Assembly (NCBI GenBank): GCA_963677485.1
Contig: OY781964.1
Location: 4,192,001 to 4,256,000, forward strand
DNA length: 64,000 nt
Reading direction: 5' to 3'
Source: Armatimonadota bacterium
GTDB lineage: Bacteria; Armatimonadota; HRBIN16
The position numbers and the translations under genes were made by a program. This document shows, piece by piece, positions 19,046 to 28,986 of the stretch (its first letter is position 1; each line of letters opens with the position of its first letter). A model generated the notes under the pieces. That model was given only the letters and a program-made list of their open reading frames with translations. It was not told the DNA's origin and made no database searches.

Positions 19046-19125
19046 GTAGGGCGTCCCTTGTGGGCGCCCTAATCGTTGTTCGTTCGAGAGTTCATGTATA
19101 AGGGCGCCCACAAGAGACGCCCTAC
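19046..19125. repeat. GTAG-type REP doublet (REPIN-like), second copy
   Basis: GTAGGGCGTCCCTTGTGGGCGCCCT ... AGGGCGCCCACAAGAGACGCCCTAC; spacer resembles that of the 17783 copy. Confidence 0.8.
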
Positions 19126-19136
19126 GAACAGGTCGC

Positions 19137-21503
19137 CTACACCCGGTTCATACCGCTCTTCAGGGCGATGCGGCGACTGCCATTTACGTATTCGCCCGTC
19201 ACGCCATCGGGTAACTCGATCAGGGTGTTATTCACGCTGATCCAGCCGTTGGGGTGGGGGATGCGCACATCGATGTCGGAAGACACACCAGGCAGTGGCT
19301 GTATCAGCACCTTCTGGAATCCCGGCGCTGCGGGCCGGATGCCAGCGATGGTGGCTGCAATATGGTAAAGCGGATGGGCCCCCCATGCGTGGCAGTCTGA
19401 CCGGCTAGGCTCCGGTGTTTCGAAGGTGGTGCGGAAGCCGTTAGCCTTGAGTGTGTTCCACAGATCAAGCCGTTTGATGAAGGCGTCACGCGCGCCGATC
19501 TTGTGGTAGGTCTCGAACAGGTAATGGGTGTAATAGATGGTGGTACGAGCCAACACTGGTTCGTTCAGCAGGGCGTGTGCCAGCTTCGCTTCCATCTGTT
19601 CATCTAGCAAGCCGCTGAGTATGGCCAGGCACTGGCTGTGCTCGCTGTAATACTGGTGCTGCAGGTCATCCGACAGCATCTGCCGTTCCTCACTCCAGTA
19701 TGCTTTGAAGATGGCTTCCATGAGCTGTTTCGCGGCATTCTCATCGCGTTCCGCCAACAGCACATCACCCACGCTCCGCTCAATTTCGGCTTTAGCTTGT
19801 AGTGCCAGCACCATCTGAAGGTTGATGGGTGCCACCGTGCCGAAGTCGCCGGTGAAGGGCACACCGGTAATCCACAGGGGCTGGTCGACCCAGTCCACGA
19901 AGTTCCACCCCCGAGGCGCGTCGATTAAGCCGTCTTCACGTAGCAACCCACGGAAGTATTCCATGATCGCCCGCGCGCCAGGAAGCAGGCCACGCACGAA
20001 CTCCGGGTCGTTCCGCCACATCATGAAGTCATGAGCCATGCAGACCCACCAGAGCGAGAAGGGCGGAATCACCTGCGTGATTCGGCTGGGGTACCGCGAC
20101 TGGGTGAGCCCGTTGTTTCGGCGTGACTGGTCGAACGTCACCAGGGCTTTCCGGGGAAGGCGGTCATCGTGCGACAACACATGTGTGACCAGGGCTTCCA
20201 GACGGGTGTCGCCCACGTACATATACTGCTCGTAGTAGGGGCAGTCCATGTAGGTTTCGTGCATGCACATCTGCTCTGCTCTGACCATCAGCGGCACAGC
20301 GGCTTGCAGCTCTGCCATGCCTGTCTCTAGGTTGCCTTCTGGCTTGATGGGGTAACGGGTCTCTTCCAACAGCAGCTTTTCGATACACAGAGGCTCTTGT
20401 TGGGTAGTGACTGTGACCTCCACATAACGGCCGGCTTGCCACCAAAGGGGATGCAATGTCACATTTTGGCCATTACCGATATAGGTATCGCCCTCACCCA
20501 GGAAATACATGCCCTCGATCTTGTCCCTGTTCTCCTTCACGCCGCCTTCGGGTTTGTTGAACAGGGCTTCGGCAGTTTTTATGCTAACAACGGCATCTGC
20601 TCCGCCGTTTATGGTGAGCTGGGCGTAGAAGCAGGCGTAGTTGTCCAGGTCAAACAGCACAGTTTGGGTCGTATTTGCTGGGATGGTAAGCTGGCTGGTA
20701 CCGTCGCTGAGTGACTGCCAAGACTTCACCAAACTAGGGTCATTTTGTGATGCGTTTGCCGGATATGGCTTGGCAGATGTAGTCGCCAACCGCACTGTAC
20801 CCGGGGCCATATTCTGACTGAGCATGGCCGGAAGCATCGCAGGTCGAAGCAGCCAGAAGGGCTGTATCTCATTCTTCCATTCCGCGCACATCCCGGGACA
20901 TATCGTCACGGTATTGACCAGGTTGTCAGATACCCCTTGCATCCAGTTGGCTGGGAACTGCCTTGCGTCAATTTTGAACCTACAGCCGGTGACGATGGTG
21001 GGGCCGGTGGGTATCCAGTCGATGCCGTCCAGGATCGTCGCCTTCCAGTCGCCCTTGCCGGTGGATACGAGATCACCAATTGCGCCTTCTGCGGCCAGAA
21101 GGAATCCGGGGCGGATACTGCACTGCGCCCATGGGGCCAGGTTGTTCAGCCACCAGCTCAAGGCGCATATGCGGTGCTTGCCAGCGGACAGCTCTATTTC
21201 GTGGCTTTCGTAGTACCAGTTCAGTGCATCGCCGCGCTCTGGTCCCATCCCGATTCTCGCACCATCTACCGCCAGCATATAGCGATGGTCTGCGGTGACA
21301 TGCAGCTTCAATGTCTGAGCGGTGTCGAGTTCGAAGTCAAGTTGGAACAGCGCCACCGATGGCTCCACTTGCGAGCGGGTGGGGTGATCAATCCATTGGG
21401 CGGGCCAATCCCCATATGATGGCCAGCCCCAGTCCATGGGGGTCGGATCCTGGCGTCTTGCATGGTTGACGAATGGGTCATTTGTGACTTGGATACGCGA
21501 CAT
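19137..21503 (-). CDS. Alpha-L-rhamnosidase (GH78)
   Basis: HETYMDCPYYEQ, YVGDTR, WNFVDW and SRSDCHAWGAHP motifs. Confidence 0.85.
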   Translation of the reverse strand: MSRIQVTNDPFVNHARRQDPTPMDWGWPSYGDWPAQWIDHPTRSQVEPSVALFQLDFELDTAQTLKLHVTADHRYMLAVDGARIGMGPERGDALNWYYESHEIELSAGKHRICALSWWLNNLAPWAQCSIRPGFLLAAEGAIGDLVSTGKGDWKATILDGIDWIPTGPTIVTGCRFKIDARQFPANWMQGVSDNLVNTVTICPGMCAEWKNEIQPFWLLRPAMLPAMLSQNMAPGTVRLATTSAKPYPANASQNDPSLVKSWQSLSDGTSQLTIPANTTQTVLFDLDNYACFYAQLTINGGADAVVSIKTAEALFNKPEGGVKENRDKIEGMYFLGEGDTYIGNGQNVTLHPLWWQAGRYVEVTVTTQQEPLCIEKLLLEETRYPIKPEGNLETGMAELQAAVPLMVRAEQMCMHETYMDCPYYEQYMYVGDTRLEALVTHVLSHDDRLPRKALVTFDQSRRNNGLTQSRYPSRITQVIPPFSLWWVCMAHDFMMWRNDPEFVRGLLPGARAIMEYFRGLLREDGLIDAPRGWNFVDWVDQPLWITGVPFTGDFGTVAPINLQMVLALQAKAEIERSVGDVLLAERDENAAKQLMEAIFKAYWSEERQMLSDDLQHQYYSEHSQCLAILSGLLDEQMEAKLAHALLNEPVLARTTIYYTHYLFETYHKIGARDAFIKRLDLWNTLKANGFRTTFETPEPSRSDCHAWGAHPLYHIAATIAGIRPAAPGFQKVLIQPLPGVSSDIDVRIPHPNGWISVNNTLIELPDGVTGEYVNGSRRIALKSGMNRV

Positions 21504-21599
21504 ATATTACCTCTGTGATCTGACAGTCATATACATTTTATCCTGCGAAGCGGAGTGTATAGTAGGGTAAATCGGGTAGATTCTAAGTAGAGGTGCATC

Positions 21600-22319
21600 A
21601 TGAAGAGGCAAATTATCATATTTGCATTGTTGTTATTGCTTTCCACTGCAATAACAGCGGAACCTGCCGCTTGGCCGAGTTTGAAGAAGCCAGAGGATAG
21701 TAAATCTGCGGCAAAGGATAAAGCCGCGACTGGTAGTATGTCGAAAAAGGACACTGCCACCACTTCCGCCAAACCCAAGAAGGCCAAAGCAGTCGTCAAA
21801 CCCACTGAAGATAATAGACGCTCTTTAGTTGATGCACCGAAGGCGAACCAGGTTAAGCCGGTTCCCGGTCAGTCGCCTGGAGTGGTCGACTTCATGCAAC
21901 CTCCCGTCTGGGCGGACCCCAACTACGGCAAGCCTGTGGAGAACACACTTCCTGGGTTTATGCAGCCTGATATACTGAACCCCAAAACCAGTGAAAGACA
22001 GTCTACCGATGCCCGGCAAAAAGCTGACACCCTGGGCAGCAGCATTTTTTTCGACAAAACTGGCCCGTCACCCGCATGGATGCTGCCGTCAACTTCGGCA
22101 AGCACAACACCCGATTACACACAGAGTCTAACTCCATCGCGGAAGCTTGATCTCGGCTGGTCTAGCCCCAAGTTGAGTGATGGCCTACCGGGTTGGCGCA
22201 TGAACACCCCCAGTCTGGACACTCCGAATATGCGCATTCTGCGCAGCCAGAACGACTACCAGCAGGGGCGTGACAGCCTGGAACAGCTTTATCAACGGTG
22301 GGCACCGGTAAAGAAATAG
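21600..22319 (+). CDS. Secreted low-complexity hypothetical protein
   Basis: GAGG RBS, signal peptide, K/P/S-rich body. Confidence 0.65.
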   Translation: MKRQIIIFALLLLLSTAITAEPAAWPSLKKPEDSKSAAKDKAATGSMSKKDTATTSAKPKKAKAVVKPTEDNRRSLVDAPKANQVKPVPGQSPGVVDFMQPPVWADPNYGKPVENTLPGFMQPDILNPKTSERQSTDARQKADTLGSSIFFDKTGPSPAWMLPSTSASTTPDYTQSLTPSRKLDLGWSSPKLSDGLPGWRMNTPSLDTPNMRILRSQNDYQQGRDSLEQLYQRWAPVKK

Positions 22320-22331
22320 GCCGCCTGAGCG

Positions 22332-22340
22332 TGATATAAT
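22332..22340 (+). promoter_or_regulatory. Extended -10 promoter of the tRNA
   Basis: TGATATAAT 14 nt upstream of the tRNA. Confidence 0.55.
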
Positions 22341-22354
22341 ATTATAGCCAGCGC

Positions 22355-22430
22355 GCCCTTGTAGCTCAGTGGATAGAGCGCCTCCGTCCTAAGGAGGGCG
22401 TCGGGGGTTCGATTCCCTCCGAGGGCGCCA
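22355..22430 (+). tRNA. tRNA-Arg(CCT)
   Basis: Full 76-nt cloverleaf: acceptor GCCCTTG/CGAGGGC, D arm GCTC/GAGC, anticodon stem CCTCC/GGAGG with loop GTCCTAA, TTCGATT T-loop, encoded CCA. Confidence 0.95.
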
Positions 22431-22714
22431 TTTGATTTATGACTGTCTCACTGCACCGCATGGGGCATACGTCTCTACCGCTTCTCATCACCCCCTTAGA
22501 GCACATCACAAACAATCGCGGTTGATATTAGCCACCTCAAGCCGTATTATGTAATTTGGGTTATTTGGTGAGCACGTCTATTTAGACATAACACTCGCCA
22601 ATATTGCCGTCGCGGGTGGCCATGTGTTTTATCACCACGGCTGCACCCAAACACAGCTAACTGTGTGAAACCACGGCAAACTAATCACCTATACACTTTT
22701 TGGAGGACTCCTAG

Positions 22715-24160
22715 TTGAACGTCAAGCTAACATCGGGCAAGATGCTGCCCATCGAGATGCACAAGGTCCGTATCGTGCAGAAGGCCAATCTAAAGCCTAT
22801 TGATCGACGGCTGGAGGCCATCACCGAAGCAGGGCACAATACTTTCCTGCTGAACACCCGTGATATCTTTATTGATATGCTGACTGACAGCGGCACTAAC
22901 GCGATGAGCGATAACCAGTTGGCCGCCATGATGGTGGCTGACGACGCATATGCCGGTGGCGAGAGCTACTATAAGATGGGCGACGCCATCAAAGACATTC
23001 TGGGCTTTAAGAACTACGTGCCAGCTCACCAGGGACGCGCCTGCGAGCACCTTCTGGCGAAGATGTTTGTCAAACCGGGAACCGTCATCCCCATGAACTA
23101 TCACTTCACCACCACCAAAGCGCACTTCGAGATGCATGGCGGAAAAGTGCTGGAAATCTACTGTGATGACGCCCTTGAGACCTGCAGCACCAACCCATTC
23201 AAAGGCAACATGGACCTCGTAAAATTCCAGAAGGTCATTGATGACTACGGTACCGAAAAAATCCCGTTCGTGCGTATGGAAGCCACGACCAACCTGATCG
23301 GTGGACAGCCTTTCAGCTTGAATAACCTCAAAGCCGTCAGCAAAATGGCACGAGCCAACGGTATCCCTGTCATCATCGACTGCAGTCTGATCTCTGAGAA
23401 CGCCTACTTCATCAAACGACGTGAAGCCGACTACATGGATTGCACAATCGGCGAGATCGTGCTTGACATGATGGCTCAGGCTGACCTCATCTATGCATCA
23501 GGCCGCAAGAGCACCTGTGTCCGCGGTGGATTTATCGCCACGAATGACGACAGCTATTTCAACATGCTGAAAGAGCTTTTGCCGATTTACGAGGGCTTCA
23601 TCACCTACGGTGGTATGAGCTCCAAAGAGATCGAAGCGATGGCCGTGGGCCTGCGTGAGATGGTTGACATCGACGTGGCTAGCAGCTCCGCTGACCTGAT
23701 CCAATACTTCGTAGACCGCATGGTGGAATGCGGGTTGCCTGCCGTCACTCCTGCTGGCGGACTGGCCGGGCATATTGATGCGATGAAGTTCGTGGGACAT
23801 ATTCCGCAGCTTCAGTATCCCGCTGGTGCACTCGCCGCTGCGCTGTATGTGGTCTCCGGTGTTCGTTCCATGGAGCGAGGTACCATTAGCATGGAACGCG
23901 ATGAGAACGGGAACGAAGTGCCGAGTGATCTGGAACTGGTGCGTATGGCTGTACCCCGACGTGTTTATAGCATAAGCCACATGGAGTATGTGACCGACCG
24001 TTTGGCATGGCTGTGGGCGCACCGTGAGATGATCGGTGGATTGAAGTTCACTTACGAGCCGCCAATCCTGCGCTTCTTCACGGGCAAGATGGAAGCCATT
24101 GACAACTGGACTACCAAATTGGCCGATGCCTACAAGGCTGATTTCGGTTCGGAAGCCTAG
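22715..24160 (+). CDS. PLP-dependent beta-eliminating lyase (tyrosine phenol-lyase/tryptophanase family)
   Basis: IDMLTDSGTNAMS, DDAYAG, HQGRACE, YEGFITYGGM, PAGG, RSMERG and PRRVY motifs; GGAGG RBS before a TTG start. Confidence 0.9.
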   Translation: MNVKLTSGKMLPIEMHKVRIVQKANLKPIDRRLEAITEAGHNTFLLNTRDIFIDMLTDSGTNAMSDNQLAAMMVADDAYAGGESYYKMGDAIKDILGFKNYVPAHQGRACEHLLAKMFVKPGTVIPMNYHFTTTKAHFEMHGGKVLEIYCDDALETCSTNPFKGNMDLVKFQKVIDDYGTEKIPFVRMEATTNLIGGQPFSLNNLKAVSKMARANGIPVIIDCSLISENAYFIKRREADYMDCTIGEIVLDMMAQADLIYASGRKSTCVRGGFIATNDDSYFNMLKELLPIYEGFITYGGMSSKEIEAMAVGLREMVDIDVASSSADLIQYFVDRMVECGLPAVTPAGGLAGHIDAMKFVGHIPQLQYPAGALAAALYVVSGVRSMERGTISMERDENGNEVPSDLELVRMAVPRRVYSISHMEYVTDRLAWLWAHREMIGGLKFTYEPPILRFFTGKMEAIDNWTTKLADAYKADFGSEA

Positions 24161-24176
24161 TTTTCGATCGTCAATC

Positions 24177-24215
24177 ACGCCCGAGCAAGCATCCGCTAGC
24201 TCGGGCGTTTTTATT
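24177..24215 (+). terminator. Rho-independent terminator
   Basis: ACGCCCGAGC...GCTCGGGCGT followed by a T-run. Confidence 0.8.
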
Positions 24216-24315
24216 GGTAAACACTACCCCGTGTAGGAACTGATGCTTCTGGCGGGGTAAAATAACCAAGTGGCTCGTTGTAATCAACCGTAATTTAAAC
24301 ATGAGGGGGATCATT

Positions 24316-25722
24316 ATGCATAATCCAGAATTTGCCGCAGTGGTGATGGCTGCGGGTAAGAGTACTCGGATGAAATCACGTCTACCAAAGCCGCTGCACC
24401 AACTGTGTGGTCAGAGTTTGCTGAGTTACATTCTGGAGGCTTGCCAGTCAGCGGGTGCCAGCCGCAAGGTGGTGATTGTAGGCCATGGGGCGGAGATGGT
24501 GAAAGAGGCGATGGGTGAAGGCCTGGACTACGCCCTGCAGGCAGAGCAAAAAGGCACCGGCCACGCGGTGATGATGACCCGTGGACACCTTCTGGATTTC
24601 CATGGTGACGTGCTTGTATTGCCTGGTGATGTTCCCCTGATCACTAGCGATGTGTTGGTGAATTTTATCGAGTATCACCGGCAGTCAGGGGCGATGGCCA
24701 CACTGTTGAGTGCTGTCTTGCCGCACGATGCCGGTAGCTATGGCCGCATCCTGCGCGACGAGGCCGATCATGTGCTGGGTATTGTGGAGGCCAAAGATGC
24801 CACACCCGAGCAGATGCAGGTCAGGGAAATCAACTCCTCTATCTACGTGTTCAACGGACCGCTTCTGTATGAGGCGCTTGGCTGCCTGAAGAACGACAAC
24901 GCTCAGGGTGAATACTACCTCACCGATGTGGTCGGCTGGATGCGTGAGCAGGGCCACAAGGTAGATGCCTGGATAAGCCCGGACTGGGAAGTGATACTGG
25001 GTATGAATACCCGTGTGGAGCTGGCTGATCTGACCGCGAAACTGCAGAAGCGCATATTGAACAAGCTAATGCTGGACGGCGTAACCATTGTGGACCCGGC
25101 GAACACATACATCGACGCGAATGTGAAGATCGGTGAAGACACCATCATTCAGCCTGGCTGCCATATTCACGGTCATACGGTGATTGGTGAGCTTTGCGTG
25201 ATCGGACCGAATACTCGGCTGACGGATGCCGCAATCGCTGCCAACTGTGAAGTCGCTTTTTCGCAGATCAACGGCAGCGAACTGAAGCAGGACGTGACCG
25301 TAGGGCCGTTTGCGAATATCCGCCCCAACTGCGTGGTGGGCGCCAAGTGCAAAATCGGCGACTTTGTGGAGTTGAAGGGAACCGTGCTTGAGGACCACGT
25401 CTCAGCGGGTCACCTCAGCTATCTAGGTGATGCCGAGGTTGGCGCAGGCACCAATATCGGCGCAGGAACCATCACCTGCAACTACGATGGTGTACGTAAA
25501 CACCGCACGCGCATCGGCAAGCGGTGCTTCGTGGGCTCCCATAGCACTCTGGTAGCGCCTGTCCAATTGGGTAACGAAGTCATCACAGCCGCCGGCAGTA
25601 CGATCACGGAGGACGTGGCCGACAGCACTCTGGCCATTGGACGCTCTCGGCAGCTCAACAAAGAGGGCTGGGTGGCGCTCAACCGTGAGAAACACTTCAA
25701 AAAGGAGCCACACCAAGCGTGA
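24316..25722 (+). CDS. glmU: Bifunctional UDP-GlcNAc diphosphorylase/glucosamine-1-phosphate N-acetyltransferase
   Basis: AAGKSTRMKS..PK, GTGHAV, EYYLTD, hexapeptide repeats, HLSYLGDA and GTITCNYDG. Confidence 0.97.
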   Translation: MHNPEFAAVVMAAGKSTRMKSRLPKPLHQLCGQSLLSYILEACQSAGASRKVVIVGHGAEMVKEAMGEGLDYALQAEQKGTGHAVMMTRGHLLDFHGDVLVLPGDVPLITSDVLVNFIEYHRQSGAMATLLSAVLPHDAGSYGRILRDEADHVLGIVEAKDATPEQMQVREINSSIYVFNGPLLYEALGCLKNDNAQGEYYLTDVVGWMREQGHKVDAWISPDWEVILGMNTRVELADLTAKLQKRILNKLMLDGVTIVDPANTYIDANVKIGEDTIIQPGCHIHGHTVIGELCVIGPNTRLTDAAIAANCEVAFSQINGSELKQDVTVGPFANIRPNCVVGAKCKIGDFVELKGTVLEDHVSAGHLSYLGDAEVGAGTNIGAGTITCNYDGVRKHRTRIGKRCFVGSHSTLVAPVQLGNEVITAAGSTITEDVADSTLAIGRSRQLNKEGWVALNREKHFKKEPHQA

Positions 25723-26342
25723 GCTTTTTCAAACGCTTAAGAACTCAGCCTTCAGAAAAACTGCGTCCCGAGTGGGTGGTGGCTGGCCTTGGTAATCCCG
25801 GGCCTGAATACGCCCACACACGCCACAACGCCGGTTTCGATGTGATCCATCATATGGTGCGCCGATATGCTGTACAGCTAAGGCCTGGTCATGACGACGC
25901 CCGTTTGGCTTTGGCCAAAGTGGGGGATGTACCTGCACTGCTCAGCACACCCATCACATTTATGAACCGCAGCGGGGTTTCCGTCAGCAAGTCATTAACT
26001 CGGTATAAACTGGGGGCAGACAAGCTGATCGTGCTGGTGGACGATGTGGCCTTGCCGATCGGCCGGCTGCGAATCCGTCTAGAAGGCTCCGCTGGCGGGC
26101 ATAACGGCTTGAAGTCCATTATTGCCATGTTGGGAACACAAGAATTCATACGGATTCGGGTAGGAGTCGGCGACCCGGGTGGCGAAAATATGATAGACCA
26201 CGTGTTGGGTCCTTTTTCCGGATCCGAACGTCAGGCACTGATACCGGCACTACATGCCGCCGCAGATGCAGTGGAGATGATACTCACTGACGGTGTGGAT
26301 GCGGCAATGAATAAGTATAATAACAAGAGCTTTTCGCTTTAG
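25719..26342 (+). CDS. pth: Peptidyl-tRNA hydrolase
   Basis: GLGNPGPEYAHTRHNAGF, FMNRSG and GSAGGHNGLKS motifs. Confidence 0.97.
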   Translation: MSFFKRLRTQPSEKLRPEWVVAGLGNPGPEYAHTRHNAGFDVIHHMVRRYAVQLRPGHDDARLALAKVGDVPALLSTPITFMNRSGVSVSKSLTRYKLGADKLIVLVDDVALPIGRLRIRLEGSAGGHNGLKSIIAMLGTQEFIRIRVGVGDPGGENMIDHVLGPFSGSERQALIPALHAAADAVEMILTDGVDAAMNKYNNKSFSL

Positions 26343-26357
26343 TCTCGGAGGTACCGC

Positions 26358-27314
26358 ATGCCTATACTTACCGTGAACCCTTTGAAATGGAATGAAATGA
26401 CGAACAGCTACATCGGTAGCTCGACGGTGTCACTGCAGGCGATGGGTGTCAAAACGGACTACGCTGAAGTCGCTGCACTGTCTGGTTTCGCCTTCAAGCT
26501 GAGCTTCTACCAACCGGAGTTTTGTCCGAGCAGTGTGGATGCAACATGCGGTTTCGATTGCTCCACCGTTCTCTGGCAGAACTTCGGGTATACCAACCAG
26601 TTCCTGGGGTGTGACCTGAAAAAGCCAGAGGATATTCGACGTGTCAGAATGGTGTTGATCCGTCAGTTGCGACTGGGTCGGCCGGTACCAGCAATTGGGA
26701 TTCGGGTTGCTGATGAATGGGGCGTGATCTGCGGTGAGCAAGATAACGGTGAGAAACTCATATGCCACAGCTACTTCGACAGCACCGATGAGGCTGTGCC
26801 CGTAGACAAATTCCCATGGATCGTATCCATCGCTGATGGTGATGGCGGTAAGCTGCCAGGCGAAGCTGAATATCTAGCGGCCTTACGCAGAGTAGGGATG
26901 CTGGCGCGGCAGCCGGAGTTCATTCCGTATCACAACGGTTGGAGAGCTTATACAACCTGGATTGGTCAGCTTGAGGATGAGGGCTGGTGCAAGCGCAACC
27001 CGAAGTTCGACTATGGCTTCTGGCAGAGCATGAACGCATATTTCCTGAGTAACTTAACTGACTCGCGAAAGCAAGCCGGTGTGGCGTTGGCAAGGTGGGC
27101 AGACGTGATGCCCCTGCGGATGCGCTCGAAACTAAAGGACGCAGCCGCACAATACCAGCAGGAACACACCATACTCGCAGCGGCTTGCCTAGATGCTCCC
27201 TGGAACGGTGAATGGAACGAAATCCAGCGTCGCAAGCAAGCAAAAGCGATGCGTGCGGCTCTAGCGATTGACAAGCGGGCCGTTGGCTTCGTGGAGCGGG
27301 CCGTCGGCGGGTAG
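26358..27314 (+). CDS. Hypothetical protein (possibly BtrH_N/papain-like fold)
   Basis: 318-aa ORF with GGAGG RBS; LSGFAF and LGRPV..EWGVICG patterns; family assignment is weak. Confidence 0.6.
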   Translation: MPILTVNPLKWNEMTNSYIGSSTVSLQAMGVKTDYAEVAALSGFAFKLSFYQPEFCPSSVDATCGFDCSTVLWQNFGYTNQFLGCDLKKPEDIRRVRMVLIRQLRLGRPVPAIGIRVADEWGVICGEQDNGEKLICHSYFDSTDEAVPVDKFPWIVSIADGDGGKLPGEAEYLAALRRVGMLARQPEFIPYHNGWRAYTTWIGQLEDEGWCKRNPKFDYGFWQSMNAYFLSNLTDSRKQAGVALARWADVMPLRMRSKLKDAAAQYQQEHTILAAACLDAPWNGEWNEIQRRKQAKAMRAALAIDKRAVGFVERAVGG

Positions 27315-27325
27315 GATTCAAATCT

Positions 27326-27350
27326 CGGACGGATCCAACCGATCCGTCCG
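27326..27350. repeat. Palindromic REP-like element (CGGACGGAT family)
   Basis: CGGACGGATC-CAACC-GATCCGTCCG between convergent genes. Confidence 0.6.
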
Positions 27351-27367
27351 GTAATTCCTGAATCTAG

Positions 27368-28141
27368 CTACGCCTTCCACTTGCGCGCGACGAAATGCAC
27401 GCGGTCGCTGCGCTTGTCCGGTGCATGCTGGCTGTAGCTGTTAAAGCTGCGCACACTGTCAAATCCGACCTGCATTAACCAGCTTTTGATGTCGGCCAAG
27501 TCATAGGCGCGTTCGTGGTGCTGCTCATTGAACTCTTCTGTAACCTCGCCTTTATCATTCCTTACGAGGAAGGTCATGTTGACCTCGCAGATATGGGTTT
27601 CGGCATTGTATGTGCCAATCCAGTTGTAGTTGAGGGTGGCCTTCTCGTCCTCGCAGTTTTGGTTGAAAAGCGATTCCGCGAATGCATACTCGGTATTGAG
27701 GTCAAATATGAAAAGGCTGCCCGGAAGCAGGTGGTCATAAACTTGTTGAAAAGCCATTTGCAAGCGTGTTTCGTCTAGAATGTAGTTCAGGCTGTCATAC
27801 AAGCAGATGCAGGTATCAAAAGAGCCTGGCACATCCAACTCGGCGGCATCTTGAACATAAAAAGGCACTGGTATATCTTTCGCCTCGGCCTTTTGGCGCG
27901 CCTGGGCGATCATGCCTTCGCTGAGGTCAACGCCAACAACCTCCAGACCCATCTCGTGGAATATCAAAGACATCGTGCCGGTGCCGCAGCAAAGGTCCAA
28001 TAGACGGTGAGGCACATGGTTGTGCCTGCTGCACAACTGCAGAATGTATCGCGACCAGAATCTGTAGGGAACAGAGCCCATGAGCTCATCGTAATATCTG
28101 GTGACGGCGGTGAATGAGGAGTTGTATTCAGTATTATTCAT
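27368..28141 (-). CDS. Class I SAM-dependent methyltransferase
   Basis: LLDLCCGTG, GVDLSEGM and DSLNY motifs. Confidence 0.88.
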   Translation of the reverse strand: MNNTEYNSSFTAVTRYYDELMGSVPYRFWSRYILQLCSRHNHVPHRLLDLCCGTGTMSLIFHEMGLEVVGVDLSEGMIAQARQKAEAKDIPVPFYVQDAAELDVPGSFDTCICLYDSLNYILDETRLQMAFQQVYDHLLPGSLFIFDLNTEYAFAESLFNQNCEDEKATLNYNWIGTYNAETHICEVNMTFLVRNDKGEVTEEFNEQHHERAYDLADIKSWLMQVGFDSVRSFNSYSQHAPDKRSDRVHFVARKWKA

Positions 28142-28200
28142 ACTTATATTCTACCGTCTGCAAGCTGTGGCAAAATGTAAGAAGAGGAATTTGACACGAA

Positions 28201-28980
28201 GTGACATATACAGCACCATCTTGGCTTACCGTACTCGGCAGCGGAACATCACATGGCGTGCCCATGGTGAAGTGTCAGTGCGCGGTGTGCCGATCGACGA
28301 ATCCCAGGAATTTCCGCAACCGGAGCTGCTTCTTGCTGGAGCTACCAGCGGGCAGTGCCATCATCGATACACCCCCTGAGTTCCGCATTACCTGCATCAA
28401 ACACAATGTGCAGCATGTAGATGCGGTTCTATACACACATCATCACGCCGATCATGTATGCGGGTTTGACGACGTGCGCGGTTTTACCGACCATGCACAG
28501 AACCCCTTGCCTGTCTATGCCGATGAAGCCACACTGACCAGTCTGGAGAGTATGTTCCCGTACGCCTTCAAGCCTGCTCCCGCAGGGTTATCACTACCGC
28601 GGGTTGAGTTGATCACGATTGATGGGTGCTTTGGTCTACTTGGTGAGGAGATACAGCCGATCAGGGTGCTGCACGGCAAGCTGCCTGTGATGGCCTATCG
28701 CATACGCAATGTGGCGGTTGTCACCGATGTCTCTCATATACCGGCAGATGCTGAGGAGATGCTGCAGGGTTTGGATGTGCTGTTGCTGGATGCTGTGCGG
28801 TATAAGCCGCATCCCACGCATTACCATATGGATGCGGCACTTGAGGTGGTTAAAAGATTGCGGCCCAGGCAGACCTACTTTATCCATCTGTCGCATGACT
28901 ATGACCACGATGTGGTGAATTCACAGTTACCTGACCATGTCGAATTGGCATACGACGGGTTGAAGATACCAATTCGGTAA
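28201..28980 (+). CDS. MBL-fold metallo-hydrolase, PhnP-like
   Basis: LGSGTSHGVP..C.C.VC, THHHADH and HLSH motifs. Confidence 0.88.
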   Translation: MTYTAPSWLTVLGSGTSHGVPMVKCQCAVCRSTNPRNFRNRSCFLLELPAGSAIIDTPPEFRITCIKHNVQHVDAVLYTHHHADHVCGFDDVRGFTDHAQNPLPVYADEATLTSLESMFPYAFKPAPAGLSLPRVELITIDGCFGLLGEEIQPIRVLHGKLPVMAYRIRNVAVVTDVSHIPADAEEMLQGLDVLLLDAVRYKPHPTHYHMDAALEVVKRLRPRQTYFIHLSHDYDHDVVNSQLPDHVELAYDGLKIPIR

Positions 28981-28986
28981 ACCGGC

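Noticed and set aside
22431-22714. TnaC-like leader peptide; integrated island at the tRNA
   Set aside because: The short ORFs examined lack the Trp/Pro stalling signature; no integrase or duplicated tRNA 3' end was seen.
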